64,000 nucleotides of DNA from NCBI GenBank assembly GCA_000004695.1, contig CM000153.2, forward strand, positions 160,001-224,000, in the 5' to 3' direction. Within the stretch, counting starts at the first letter, position 1, and each line of letters starts with the position of its first letter. Of the stretch, positions 15,400 to 27,250 are shown piece after piece. This DNA comes from Dictyostelium discoideum. Its lineage: Eukaryota. The position numbers were made by a program, and so were the translations under genes. Under the pieces are notes generated by a model. It was given only the letters and a program-made list of their open reading frames with translations, did not search any database and was not told the origin of the DNA.

Positions 15400-16462
15400 A
15401 TACCCGCAAATATATCACTTAATAATTTACAAGATTTATTTCCACCACATTTTGGTAATGAAGAGGCTGATGAGGATGATGAAGATGGTGATAAATATGG
15501 AGATGATGATGGAGAATTTTATGGAGATAATGATGGAGATAATGATGGAGATAATGATGGGGTTAACGATGGGGTTGGCGATGGACCACCTTCAACTCTA
15601 TTATAGTCCTTCACTTCAATTCGTACATGTTTTTGTGTAATATTAATATTATTTTGTTTAACACCATCGAAATAAACTTGAACCAATCAATTTTTAATAT
15701 AAAAGTTATTACCATTAATTGCTATTGTTTGTTTTGATGGATCTGAAATTATACTTGATATTATTGGTGGTGCATAAGAAAAATCAAACCATTGTTGAAA
15801 GTTAAATATAAATCTAAATTTCCCAGAACCTGCTGAAGCAGAAATAGTGAAATTGTTACAGTCAGAGGACGGTAGAGACATCAGTTTTAAATCTAAAATA
15901 ACCTACATTGGTTTGTACTTCTGGGAATCTTTCAGAGAAACATAAAAACTTTCCACCAATAAGAAATTCTCCTCCACTTGTTGGTGGATGTTTACTATAC
16001 TTGACGTCATATGGTATTGGAATAGCCCTTGATTGTGACAAACTATAACTGCAATCTTCTTTTGGCTCGTATTCTTCCCGTGCACAACCTTTACTATTTT
16101 GATATCCCCATAATCTTGTTAATGGTTCATCGTAATGGAAAACACAATATCGGAATTTATCATCAACTTGACTACAGTTAAAATAGTTTGGTGCCATATC
16201 AGTTCTGGGAACCTTATAATCTTTATACATAACCAAGCTAGTAAAATATGGTTTAAATTTATAATAAACGTAGATCAATGTATCATTTGCCAACCTAATA
16301 TCTAAAATTAAAAATTTTGAAAATTAAAAATTAATATATTTATAACTTTTTTAAAATATTAAGAAACCAATAAATACCCAATACTTCAGGCGGGAAAACA
16401 GAATAAGCCGTTCCATAAAACGATACCAAAATGATCAAATATAAATTTAATTTACTTTTCAT
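15400..16462 (-). pseudogene. Decayed, truncated paralog (copy B) of the IPT/TIG family gene
   Basis: The signal-peptide exon is at 16378..16462, and the acceptor ttttag lies at 16302-16307, the same position as in copy A. The N-domain at 15862..16293 is about 70% identical to copy A but carries a deletion and frameshift near 15881-15900 (ORFs 15862..16293 and 15687..15881 are in different frames). There is an in-frame TGA at 15687-15689 at the same IPT-domain position as the copy A interruption. The whole IPT-repeat block is absent, and the sequence runs straight into a Ser/Pro-rich stretch with further stops. Confidence 0.6.
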
Positions 16463-16519
16463 TTATTTATTTATTAATTAAAGATAACAAAAAAAAAAAA
16501 ACAAAAAAAAAAAAACCAA

Positions 16520-16555
<36 letters not shown>

Positions 16556-16990
16556 ACCGAAAAAAAAAAAGAAAATAAAAAATAATCAAAAAAAAAAAAT
16601 AATAATAATTATCGATAGAACCTAAAAATAAATTTTAAAAATAGAAAGCTATAATTCTGATTAAAAACCATTTGTCTGTGCTTGATAATGTTAAATTTTT
16701 TTTTTTTTTTTTTTGAAAGAAGTGTTTTTTAAAAACTTTTACTTTGAATTTTAAAGGAAGTGCTATACATTTTTAATCTCGAGATATCCAATTTAAATCT
16801 TTTTTCTGTGTTTCTATCTTTTTTTATCTTTTTTTTTTTTTTTATTCACAGTGTATTATTATAATTTTAATTCATTAATGAATTAAAGTAAATAAAGAAA
16901 TAAAGAAAAATACAAAAAAACAAGATAAACTTAATTTTGTGCAAAAAAAAAAAAAAGAAAAAGAAAAAAAGTTTTTTTTAAAAATATTAT

Positions 16991-17028
<38 letters not shown>

Positions 17029-17074
17029 AAAAAAAGAAAAAATCTATCAAATTTTTTTTTTTTTTTAAATTAAA

Positions 17075-18059
17075 ATGAAAAGTAACGGAAAACAATTAAC
17101 ATCAACAATATTTCCATACGTTGCACCATATTTAATAAATGAATTGAAGTTTTTAGAAATTTTAGAATTATCATTACTTTCAAAACAAAATTTTAAAATT
17201 ATTAGAAATTTAATAACTTATGAAAGTAAAGAATTAAATATTGTATTAGGAAAATTTGATCAATTAAAATTATATATTCAATTATCATTCATATATAATC
17301 TATCATATTCAAACTATGAATTTAAATTAATTCAATATAAAGATATTGAATATATTAATTTAAAAAGAGGAAATATAAAAATTGAAAATAACAATGATTA
17401 TCTACTTGAAAATAGTAATAATAATTGTAAAGATTATTTACTTTCACATTGTTCCAAATTAAAACATATTCATTGGGTAATGGATATTAATATATTGAAA
17501 TCCACAATTGGGAAATTAATAATTGATTATACTGATAACGGATTCACAAGTTTTGATAGGTTAATTTTAAATATTGATTTTAATAATCTACCATACTCAA
17601 ATACAAATGAAATTGAATCATTACAATTCATAAATACATATACTCTACAAACTGAAAATGTTTTTAATTTTAATTTTATTAATAATTTTAAACCAAGAAA
17701 ATTAATAATCCATGATGAAAATATTGGTTTACTTTATAACAATATTTTTAAAATAAATCATTTAAATTTAAAAGAATTAAAATGTTTTAGAAATATAATT
17801 GGTTCTTCAATTTTAATTAATTCAATTTTTAATTATTTAAATCAACAAACACAACATGTTCAACAAGAACATTACTCATCAATCACAAGTTTAAAATCAA
17901 TTCATATCAATATCAATACCACCTCAATTAATACTACCAACTTTATTGAATTTAAAAATGAAATTCAATTAATTAAGGAATTAATTAAAAATCAATCTCA
18001 TAATAATAATAATAATAATAATAATAAAACTTTAAATTATTTAAAGTTTAAAATTACAT

Positions 18060-18141
<82 letters not shown>

Positions 18142-18241
18142 TAATAATAATCAATACATAAATGAAATTAATTCATTTAAAAATTTTATAGATTTAATAA
18201 ATAATTTTAATTTTAATATTATAATTAAAATTAAAGATTAA
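17075..18241 (+). CDS. Hypothetical protein, 388 aa, Asn-rich C-terminus
   Basis: Single ORF MKSNGKQLTSTIFPYVAPYLINELKFLEILELSLLSKQNFKIIRNL.... The N-terminal 300 aa are non-repetitive and hydrophobic-periodic, possibly F-box or LRR-like, but I cannot assign a family. The C-terminus holds (AAT)n poly-N. Confidence 0.5.
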
Positions 18242-18284
18242 TAAAAAAACTATTATTTATTTTATTTTATTTTATTTTATTTTT

Positions 18285-20683
18285 TTAAATACCTTTTAAT
18301 TTTAAAACATAAGATAAAAATAAATTGAAATCAATTGAACCTAAACCAGTTACAGGATCCCAAGTATTTGAACTTGTTGACCAACCATAAAGACAACAAT
18401 ATGATCTACTACAACGATTACTTGAATCACCAGTGATATCATTGAAAATTCTTGGTTCATCAATTGCCATTTGATATAATAATGGATTTAAGAAACCTAA
18501 TTGAGTTTTACCATTTAAAAGTAATTGATCATTAATTAAACCAATTAAACCAGCTAATGTTGGACTTGAGCATGAGGTACCATCAACTGGTAAACTTTTA
18601 CAAGGACATTGATTGAAATCTTTATTATTACCATCACTTGAATAAATTTTATAATTATGACCAACCATTGAAATATCAGGCACACCTCTATTGGTTGGAC
18701 AGTATGAAAATGAAGGTGGTAGTGAATTGAAAGAGGTGTTGAAAAACTGCGAAATTGCATATTGCTGATACTTAGGTTGACTTTGGAATGAACTAAATCC
18801 ACCACCAGTTGTAATTTTAGCACCTTGTAAAATTGTACAACCAACTTCTGTTGTAATTTTCTCATCCCTTGATAAGAATTGAGTTGCACCAACACTTGTA
18901 ACAAATGGGCTTGAACTTGGATACTCAGCTACAAATAATGCACCATTATTCTCATTGAATTGATATTGAGTGAAATGATAATTTCTAAATGTCACATTCA
19001 CCAAATCTTTACATTCACATTCAGAATAAACATGTGGTAAATTAGTTCTATCATATTCAATTGCTAAATTACATTGTTTATTTTTCTCTGAGAATATTTT
19101 CATACCACTATCAAGTACACTTGGATCACCTAATATATTAGTACAACCACTACTTGCAATACCCATTGGAAAGAAACAATATGAATCACTACTACCACCA
19201 CTATCACTACCACCATTTAAATTATAAATTGTAAATTCTGGACACATTGTTTTTGTATGATTACAACCACCAGTTGGACAATAAACAGTACCATCAATTG
19301 GACAATTACCAGATGATCCACCCATTGAAGGTGCACCATCATCACCACTTGATACTAAAACTGATATACCTAATAAGGCCAATTTTTGAAATTCTGAATT
19401 TGTTCTATCTACATACTGTTTTGAATCATAACCAAATGTTGAACACCCATTTGAAACATCACATTGTAAAAGCTCAGCCCAACCATAACTTATAGATTGT
19501 ACTAATGGTGGTTTCTCCATTAGCAATACACTATGAAGATAATCTAATATCCATTGTGCATCATTGAATGATATGAAATCTGTTGAAATATTCTCACCCA
19601 TTGACCTAATATATTGAATATCTAAATCACTTTCATATTGATCACAACCTTTACCCAAACAATCATTACCAATTATCTTTAAATTATCTTTTGTAGTCGT
19701 TATATTAAACTTCTCATCAAATAATTCCAACGCACCCATTGAAAAATAATCATTAAATGCAATTACACCAATACTATTATTTTCAAATTTACCAATTAAT
19801 TCATTGGGTACATTATAATATGATTTTAAAACTTTTGGTGTAATTAAAATATCATCTAATCCACCATTATAACTATTACTACTACCACTACCACTACCAC
19901 TACCACTATCACTATCACTATCACCATTATTTTTGTTATTATTATTTAAATAATTTTCAATTTTAAAATTATTTTCAAAAAATTCTGATAAACCAGTAAC
20001 GAAATCAATTGAATTTAATAATTGTTTTGGTAAATAGGCTGGACCATTTAATCTATTTCTTGTATTACCATTATTTTTATTTTTATAATTTGAAAATTTT
20101 GAATTAAACATTGATGATACTTTTTCAATTGTAGTTTCAACAAGTATATAATCACTAAATACTTTAATTTCACTTCCATTTTCAATATTACCAATATTAA
20201 ATGATTTTAAATATTCTAAAACAACATTAAAATCACTTTCACTTGATTTAACTAATTCATTAATTTCATTTATACTTAAAAATTCACCATAAATTTTTGA
20301 TTTTGGATCACTAATTTCTTCAAATAAATAATTTAATTTATTTAAATTATTCTTTTTTTCAAAAAAAAAAAAAATAATAATAATAATTAGTGATTATAAT
20401 AAATTTAAAAAATAAAAAAATAAAAGAAAATAAAAAAAAAACTTACTTGTTTTAATAAAATTTTAAAAGAGATTAAATCATTTGGATTTGAAATTTCATT
20501 TTCAATTAACCAATATGGTGGAATTTTTGGATGGGCAATTATAACTTTTTCATTTCTATTATTATTATTATTATTTTCAATGATATTGAAATTGTGAAGT
20601 TGCTGTTGTTGTTGATAAGGTTTTAATGAAAAACTAATATTGATTAAATAAATAACAATGAAATAAATAAGTATTACTTTCAT
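18285..20683 (-). CDS. Sedolisin family (S53) serine peptidase, tripeptidyl-peptidase I-like. Two exons: complement(20447..20683) and complement(18285..20351)
   Basis: Exon 1 is MKVILIYFIVIYLINISFSLKP...IPPYWLIENEISNPNDLISFKILLKQ|gtaagt (signal peptide plus prodomain start). The acceptor is aaaaaaag at 20352-20353. Exon 2 continues the pro-kumamolisin activation domain (NNLNKLNYLFEEISDPKSKIYGEFLSINEINELVKSSESDFNVVLEYLKS). The catalytic domain has SGDDGA, VTSVGATQF and the GTSCSSPTLAGLIGLIN (Ser nucleophile) motifs. N/S/G-rich insertions lengthen it to about 767 aa. It is a paralog of dictyostelid tpp1-type genes. Confidence 0.85.
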
Positions 20684-21082
20684 TATTGTTTTTTTTTGAT
20701 ATAATTTATATGTTTTTTAAAAAAAATAAAAAAAAAAAAAAAAAGAATTTATAAAAAAAAAAATAAAATAATAAAAAAAAAATAATGAAAGTAATAAAAA
20801 AAAAAAATTGTGTAAAAATCATGTCAACAATTGAATACCTAACCCCCACATACTTTAACACACACTTTATTTTTAATTTAATTAACGCGCCACAGTGATT
20901 AATGTTTAATAAAAAAAAAATAAAATAAATATAAAGAAAAATTATTTAAAATATATTTAAAAATAAAAAAAAAATAAAAAATAAAAAATAAAATTAAACA
21001 TTTCTCTTCTTGGGATTTAAAGTAATTCCCAATTAAGATTTTTAATTATTAATGATTGGCAGTTTTATTTGAAAAAAAAAAA

Positions 21083-21123
<41 letters not shown>

Positions 21124-21321
21124 ATAAATTAAAAATAAAAACAATTGTGTGTTATTGATCAAAATTGTGGGAAGAAAAAAAAAAAAAAAAAAAAATTGGA
21201 AAAAAACCAAAAAAAAAAAAACAAAACAAAACAATCAAAAAAAAAAAAAAACAAAACAAAACAATCAAAAAAAAAAAAAAATAATAATAAATTCAACCAA
21301 TAACCAAATAAAAATAAAAAA

Positions 21322-21939
21322 ATGAATTTAATTTATTCACCAACTATAATTTTTCATGATAAATTTAAAATTACTTATAAAATTATTGAAAATAATAATT
21401 TTTTCTTAGAATTTATTGAATTGGATAAAAATGGTGGTGCTATAAATCAATATTCAAAAACCTTTTCACAAATTGATATTGATAAAATGGATACTGGTGT
21501 TTTCACTAATGCAGAATCATTTTCAAATACAATTAAAAGAGCATTCAATACAGAGAATTGTGGTAGTTTTGAAGTTAAAAGAATTAAACATGATAAAGAT
21601 AATAATAATTTAATAATTTCTTTAAAAATTATAGTTTTAGAAATTAATATAACATTACCAAGAAAATCAAATTATCAAAGTTTAGATGAACGTGTATCAA
21701 TTTTAGAATCTCAAAATTTAGAATTAAAACAAAAATTATTAATTTTAGAAAAATTCATTTTAACAAATTTTCCAAATAATAATAATATACTAAATAATAA
21801 TAATAATAATAATTCAAATAATTTAAATTTAAAATCAAGTAATAATAATTTATCATTATCACCACCACCACCATCAACATCACCTTATTTATCAATATCA
21901 CCAAATTTAATTTCTTCACCATATCCTTCCTCCCCTTAA
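21322..21939 (+). CDS. Hypothetical protein, 205 aa, with a coiled-coil segment and an N/S/P-rich tail
   Basis: ORF MNLIYSPTIIFHDKFKITYKIIENNNFFLEFIELDKNGGAINQYSKTFSQ...ERVSILESQNLELKQKLLILEKFILTNF.... The first 150 aa are non-repetitive. It is divergently oriented to the sedolisin gene across a 640-bp A/T spacer. Confidence 0.45.
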   Translation: MNLIYSPTIIFHDKFKITYKIIENNNFFLEFIELDKNGGAINQYSKTFSQIDIDKMDTGVFTNAESFSNTIKRAFNTENCGSFEVKRIKHDKDNNNLIISLKIIVLEINITLPRKSNYQSLDERVSILESQNLELKQKLLILEKFILTNFPNNNNILNNNNNNNSNNLNLKSSNNNLSLSPPPPSTSPYLSISPNLISSPYPSSP

Positions 21940-22062
21940 GGAATAATAAAAAAAAAAAAAATAAAAATAAAAAAATTATAATAATACCTTTTTTTGTAAA
22001 ATAAAATAAAATAAAACCTATTTAAATTAAAATATAATAATAATAAAAAATTAATTTTATTT

Positions 22063-22125
<63 letters not shown>

Positions 22126-22129
22126 TTAT

Positions 22130-24025
22130 TTAATTATTACTAATTTCTAAATTTTTTAAATCTGGATCTTGTTCTAAACCAAATGATAAATCTTCTAAAG
22201 GTAAATTTAATTTAATTTGATGATCCCAATTTATTGGTTTATCATCTTGAATGATTATAAATTTACAACCTAATAAATTACCAGCTAATTGAAATAATTG
22301 AGTTGGATTTGGACATGAAACATTGATTTTCTTTGTAATGATACGCATTCTAGTTGAAATTGTACCATATTTAACCTCTGGAACATTTGAAAATTGATTC
22401 TCTCTACAAATACATAATAGAAATAATTTTTCATAAAATGATAATTGATTTAATTTCTTTAAAAGTGGTGATGAGAATTGTTCAAAAACCTCCTCAATAT
22501 GATCTGCAGTGATCGGGCCTGGTATTGGTAATTTTTGACTACCACTCAATGATTTATTATTATTACTATTATTAAAAATTAATAATTTCTTTTGATATTC
22601 TTGATTTGCAATTGTTGCTGCCTTTCTACAAATTTCCAACGCCCTTCTAGCATCACCACAAACCGCAGCGACCCTTTTCGAACAAATTTGAATTGACTCC
22701 TCATCAAATGCATCTAAATCCTGTAACCTGTATTTAATGATAGTTTCCAACTGTTCGATATTGTATGGTGTGAATGGAACTTTCTGCAAGCCCATTCTAC
22801 TCTTTACACGTGGTAAAAGTGTGTCTGGTAAATTCATTGTGTTTGCAATTGCAATAATGATTAATTTCGAATTTGGTTTATTAGGCCACTCGAATAAGTT
22901 ATAAATTACCGTTTGTTTCTTTGTTATTAAACTATCGAATTCGTCCACTAGAATCACTCTAAATTGTTTTTTCTTATTCTTTAACTCGAAATTCCTTTGA
23001 ATTAATCTCAATGCATCCTGACTCGATATTTTCTTTGGTTCTAATGATTTTCTAGTTTTTTGCATTTTATTATACAGAATATGGTAAAGTTGATGTGGGT
23101 CTGATAATTGCATACCATTGATCTCTATGAATTGAAAATTCAAACCACCACCACCACCTTGTTGTTTTTTTTTAGCTTGTAACTCTTTGATGATCTCTTT
23201 TACAGTCGCGGTTTTACCAGTACCTGGCATACCTGCAATATAAAGACAGCCACCAGACTCATTTGCTTTTAATTTCGCTCTAATAAATGATGCAATAGTT
23301 GCTTTCTCTTTCTCTCTACCTGGTAATTTATCTGGTACTGCTGATAAATGTAATGCTTCTTTTGCTTTTGTATATATATTATCATTTGCATAATCATTAT
23401 CATTATCATTATCATTATCAAGATTTTGATGTTCAATTTGAAGTATTTCCACTTTATCTTGTGCATTTTCATCATCATCATCATCATCATCACCATCATC
23501 ATCATCTTCATAAAATTCATCATATTGATCTAAATTAAATTTGCCTTCTTCATCTTCTTCTTCTTCTTCTTCATATTCCTCTTCTTCTTCTTCTTCTTCA
23601 CTTTCAGATCCATTTACTGTAGATTTAAAACCTTCATCAAGATCTGTAGTATTTTTAGTATGGTTATTAAAATCTTCACTATTATCACTTTCATCTTTAA
23701 TTTTATGATTTTCATCTTCATCTTCATCTTCATAATCGTCATCATCTGTATCTTCATAATAAGTACTATTGTTATTATTTTCATCATTACTATCTTTAAA
23801 TGATGCTTTATGTTTATTTATTTTCTCATTTTCTGGATCTGAAAATCCTATTTTTTCATTATCACTACTTTCTTCATCTGTTGAATTAGGTTGCATTACT
23901 ATATCTCTATTATTATGATTATTATTATTTTTATTATTATTATTTGTATTATTATTTAATTTCAAAGATTTTTTATATTTTTTAATTGGAGGATATGAAA
24001 TTGATGAAGAAGATTCGTCGGTCAT
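22130..24025 (-). CDS. ORC1/Cdc6-family AAA+ ATPase (replication initiation), most like Cdc6, about 631 aa
   Basis: Walker A GMPGTGKTATV, Walker B RVILVDEFD, sensor and arginine-finger region and a C-terminal winged-helix region are present. The long acidic N-terminus (poly-D/E, DNDNDND) has no BAH domain, which favours Cdc6 over Orc1. The likely start is the internal ATG at 24023-24025 (MTDESSSSISYPP...), because the ORF-track start at 24082 reads through a poly-T tract (MRANFFFFNFFFFF). Confidence 0.75.
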   Translation of the reverse strand: MTDESSSSISYPPIKKYKKSLKLNNNTNNNNKNNNNHNNRDIVMQPNSTDEESSDNEKIGFSDPENEKINKHKASFKDSNDENNNNSTYYEDTDDDDYEDEDEDENHKIKDESDNSEDFNNHTKNTTDLDEGFKSTVNGSESEEEEEEEEYEEEEEEDEEGKFNLDQYDEFYEDDDDGDDDDDDDENAQDKVEILQIEHQNLDNDNDNDNDYANDNIYTKAKEALHLSAVPDKLPGREKEKATIASFIRAKLKANESGGCLYIAGMPGTGKTATVKEIIKELQAKKKQQGGGGGLNFQFIEINGMQLSDPHQLYHILYNKMQKTRKSLEPKKISSQDALRLIQRNFELKNKKKQFRVILVDEFDSLITKKQTVIYNLFEWPNKPNSKLIIIAIANTMNLPDTLLPRVKSRMGLQKVPFTPYNIEQLETIIKYRLQDLDAFDEESIQICSKRVAAVCGDARRALEICRKAATIANQEYQKKLLIFNNSNNNKSLSGSQKLPIPGPITADHIEEVFEQFSSPLLKKLNQLSFYEKLFLLCICRENQFSNVPEVKYGTISTRMRIITKKINVSCPNPTQLFQLAGNLLGCKFIIIQDDKPINWDHQIKLNLPLEDLSFGLEQDPDLKNLEISNN

Positions 24026-24226
24026 TTTAATTGGCGAGGTAAAAAAAAAAAAAAAATTAAAAAAAAAAAAATTTGCGCGCAATTTAAATTAATTATTATT
24101 ATTACTATAAATAATTGTATTATTCATATTATTTGTATATTTTGTATATTTATAACACACACACACCCACACCCATGAAATGAAAAAATAAAAACGAAAT
24201 TGAAAATTATTTTTTTTTTTTTTTTA

Positions 24227-24262
<36 letters not shown>

Positions 24263-24490
24263 AAAAAAACTAAAATATATTTATTGAATTAAATGATTTA
24301 TATATGTATATAATTGGTTGATTATGAGAAAGAAAGTGAAAGGAAGAATTTCTTGTAATATTTTTGTAATTTATGATTATTTTTTTTTTATTATTATTTG
24401 TTATTTATTATTAGTTGTTTTCTTTTTTATTTTTTTTTTATTTTTTTTTATTTTTTTTTTTTTTGAATCATTTCTAATAATATATTTTAA

Positions 24491-25655
24491 TTAATTACTA
24501 CCACTTGCAGCATCAGAAGCAGTACTACTTGTTGAATTTGAAACTGGAGCTAATGTTTGTGTTGATTTAAATTCCCAAATCTCTTTATCATCATTATATT
24601 TAAAGTAAGCTCTTTCTTTCTTTTCTTCCTCTTTGGTAATTTGTAATCTCTTTCTTTGTTCATCTTCAATTTCTTTTTTAATTTGATCTGCTGCTTGCAT
24701 ATCACCTGCAACAATTTGTTTTGTAACTTCTTTCCAAGTACTATTTAAATATATATTAAATAAAGTTAATAATAAATCTTTTGAAAAATATATTATATAT
24801 ATATGTTTATAATTTACCCTAATGAAGTAATTGGATCAGTTTGTTTTGGATATAAAGTTGAATTTGGTTCTAATTGTTTAGTATCCATTAAAATGGTATC
24901 AGATGGACTACATGTATGTTTTGAATGTTTTGCTTTCTTCTTTTCTTTCTTCTTTTCTTTTTTACTTGCAGAAGATGCTGGTGCAGCTTCAGATGATTTT
25001 GATTCTAAATAATCGATATTGACAACATCACTAATATATCCCTTTAAAGATGCTCTATGCTCTTCAACTTCTAATTCTGTATTATAAACTGAAACTTCAC
25101 CTTTAACATATTCCTAAAAATAATAAAAAATAAAGAATAAACATATATGTGTGTGTGTGTTTATGTGTATATGTGTTAATAATAATAATAATTTCAATTA
25201 TTCCCTCTCTCTCTCTCTCTCTCTTTTTTTAAATAAATTATTATTATTAATTATTTAAAGTTAATAATTTACATTCTTATCGAAATGAACAGTTGCAGAA
25301 GTTTTTGAATCTTCACACATTATATCAACAGAATCAGTCCAATAAATTGATCTAGTACCAAAAATTACATTCTTTACCAAAGCATCTGGTAAACCTTTAT
25401 CAATGATATATGTTTCTTTAATGATTTGATTACCAACTTTAACTGGAATACAAATTTTAACTGCACCAGTTGTAACAACTGATACTGAGTTCATATGGAA
25501 TTTAGCTGAAAATTGTACATTACACTGTTTAATTATTAATTTATTAATTAATTATTAATTTATTTTCATTAATTATTATTGTTGTTGAATAAATTTAAAA
25601 AAAAAAATAAAATAAAATAAAAAATAATGTTAATTTTAATCCCAATAAAAATAAT

Positions 25656-25749
<94 letters not shown>

Positions 25750-25949
25750 TAAAAATAGATAATTACATCTAAAGTAATTCCTTCTGAAGTAGTAATATTG
25801 AATGCTGTTAATGGTGGATGATGTGTAACTTGTTCACCTATAAATTGTGCAGTAGATGTTGATTGACCATCATATGATGGATATTTGACAAAACATTTAT
25901 GAACTTCTCCTAATAATGCATTATATGGTTTTTTTTGGAACTAAATTTG

Positions 25950-25981
<32 letters not shown>

Positions 25982-26125
25982 TTTGATTTGATTTGATTTG
26001 ATTTGATATTTGCAGAAATAAATTTATTTTTTATTTTTTTTTATTTTTTAATTTTGAAATTATAATAATCATCATTTATTATAACAATGGAAAAAAAAAA
26101 TTATTAGGTTATAATATTAGTTTTG

Positions 26126-26157
<32 letters not shown>

Positions 26158-26159
26158 CT

Positions 26160-26218
<59 letters not shown>

Positions 26219-26660
26219 CAAGGAGGTGTATTTTTATTTTTATTTTTATTTTTATTTTTATTTTTATTTTTATTTTTCTTTTAAAAATAAAAATAAAAAA
26301 AATGTGTCAAATTATTTATCTTAATATAATAATAACTTACATTTCCATCTCTAACACAAGAAAAAAAGTATTGAATAATAATTGCCATTCTTTTTAATGG
26401 ATCTTCTTCGTGTTGGGCTGAAATTAAAAGGTGTATATATTTAAGATGTCTTGATGCTGCTAACTCTAAAATTGAATATGGCATTAAAAAAATTGATGGC
26501 ATACTAACTCTGTAAGTTTTTTTATTAAAAAAAAAAATAAAAATAAAAAATTTAATTTAGTTTTGTCATTAGTAGGATGTAAATATAGTATATTATATTA
26601 TATTAAAGTTATATTATTTTATGGTCAATTAAAAAAAGAAAGAGAAAATATAATAATGAT

Positions 26661-26721
<61 letters not shown>

Positions 26722-26870
26722 TAAAATTTTTAACTAACTTACTTTGTCAACTCTTGACCAATTGATAATTGAGAAATAAAACTTTTTACAACACCAAAGA
26801 TTGAAATTTCACGAGTTTCCCATTCACCATGTTGGTCTGCATAAGAAACTAAGCTCGGATCGGCCTCCAT
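24491..26870 (-). CDS. Oxysterol-binding protein (OSBP/ORP) family, short ORD-only type, about 422 aa. Six exons: complement(26743..26870), complement(26341..26509), complement(25767..25940), complement(25273..25524), complement(24818..25113) and complement(24491..24740)
   Basis: Spliced product: MEADPSLVSYADQHGEWETREISIFGVVKSFISQLSIGQELT / KVSMPSIFLMPYSILELAASRHLKYIHLLISAQHEEDPLKRMAIIIQYFFSCVRDGN / FQKKPYNALLGEVHKCFVKYPSYDGQSTSTAQFIGEQVTHHPPLTAFNITTSEGITLD / CNVQFSAKFHMNSV...VHFDKN / EYVKGEV... / ...AGDMQAADQIKKE.... It has the OSBP fingerprint EQVTHHPP and the KPYNALLGE ligand-binding-loop motif. All donors are gtaagt or gtaaat or gtaatt, and phases are consistent. Introns 1 and 3 carry (ATA)n and (TAA)n microsatellites. 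Confidence 0.75.
25663..25746. repeat. (TAA)n microsatellite inside OSBP intron 3
   Basis: Perfect trinucleotide array. A second array, (ATA)n at 26662-26719, lies in OSBP intron 1. Confidence 0.9.
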
Positions 26871-26919
26871 TTATATATATATTTTATTTATTTAATCGAT
26901 TATTTACACGCGAGTGTGT

Positions 26920-26959
<40 letters not shown>

Positions 26960-27217
26960 GCTGTGTTCACCTAAAAAAAAAAAATTTGCTTCGGTTGGAA
27001 AAAAAAAAAAAATTTTGTTAATTTTTAAAATTATTTTATTTTTATTTTTTATTTATTTATTTTTTATTTTTTATTTTTTTTTTTTTTTTTTAATTTTTGC
27101 AATGTTGCGCATCACATCATGATGTGGGAAATTGAAAAAAATTTAGAAAATAAGAAAAATAAAAAAAAAAATAATAGTAAAGATATCTTTTATTTGTTTA
27201 ATTGAAATTATAATAAA

Positions 27218-27250
<33 letters not shown>

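Noticed and set aside
24803-25012. Plus-strand ORF antisense to OSBP exon 5
   Set aside because: It is the opposite strand of a well-supported exon. It is Phe/Ser-rich from reading the K/E-rich codons backwards.
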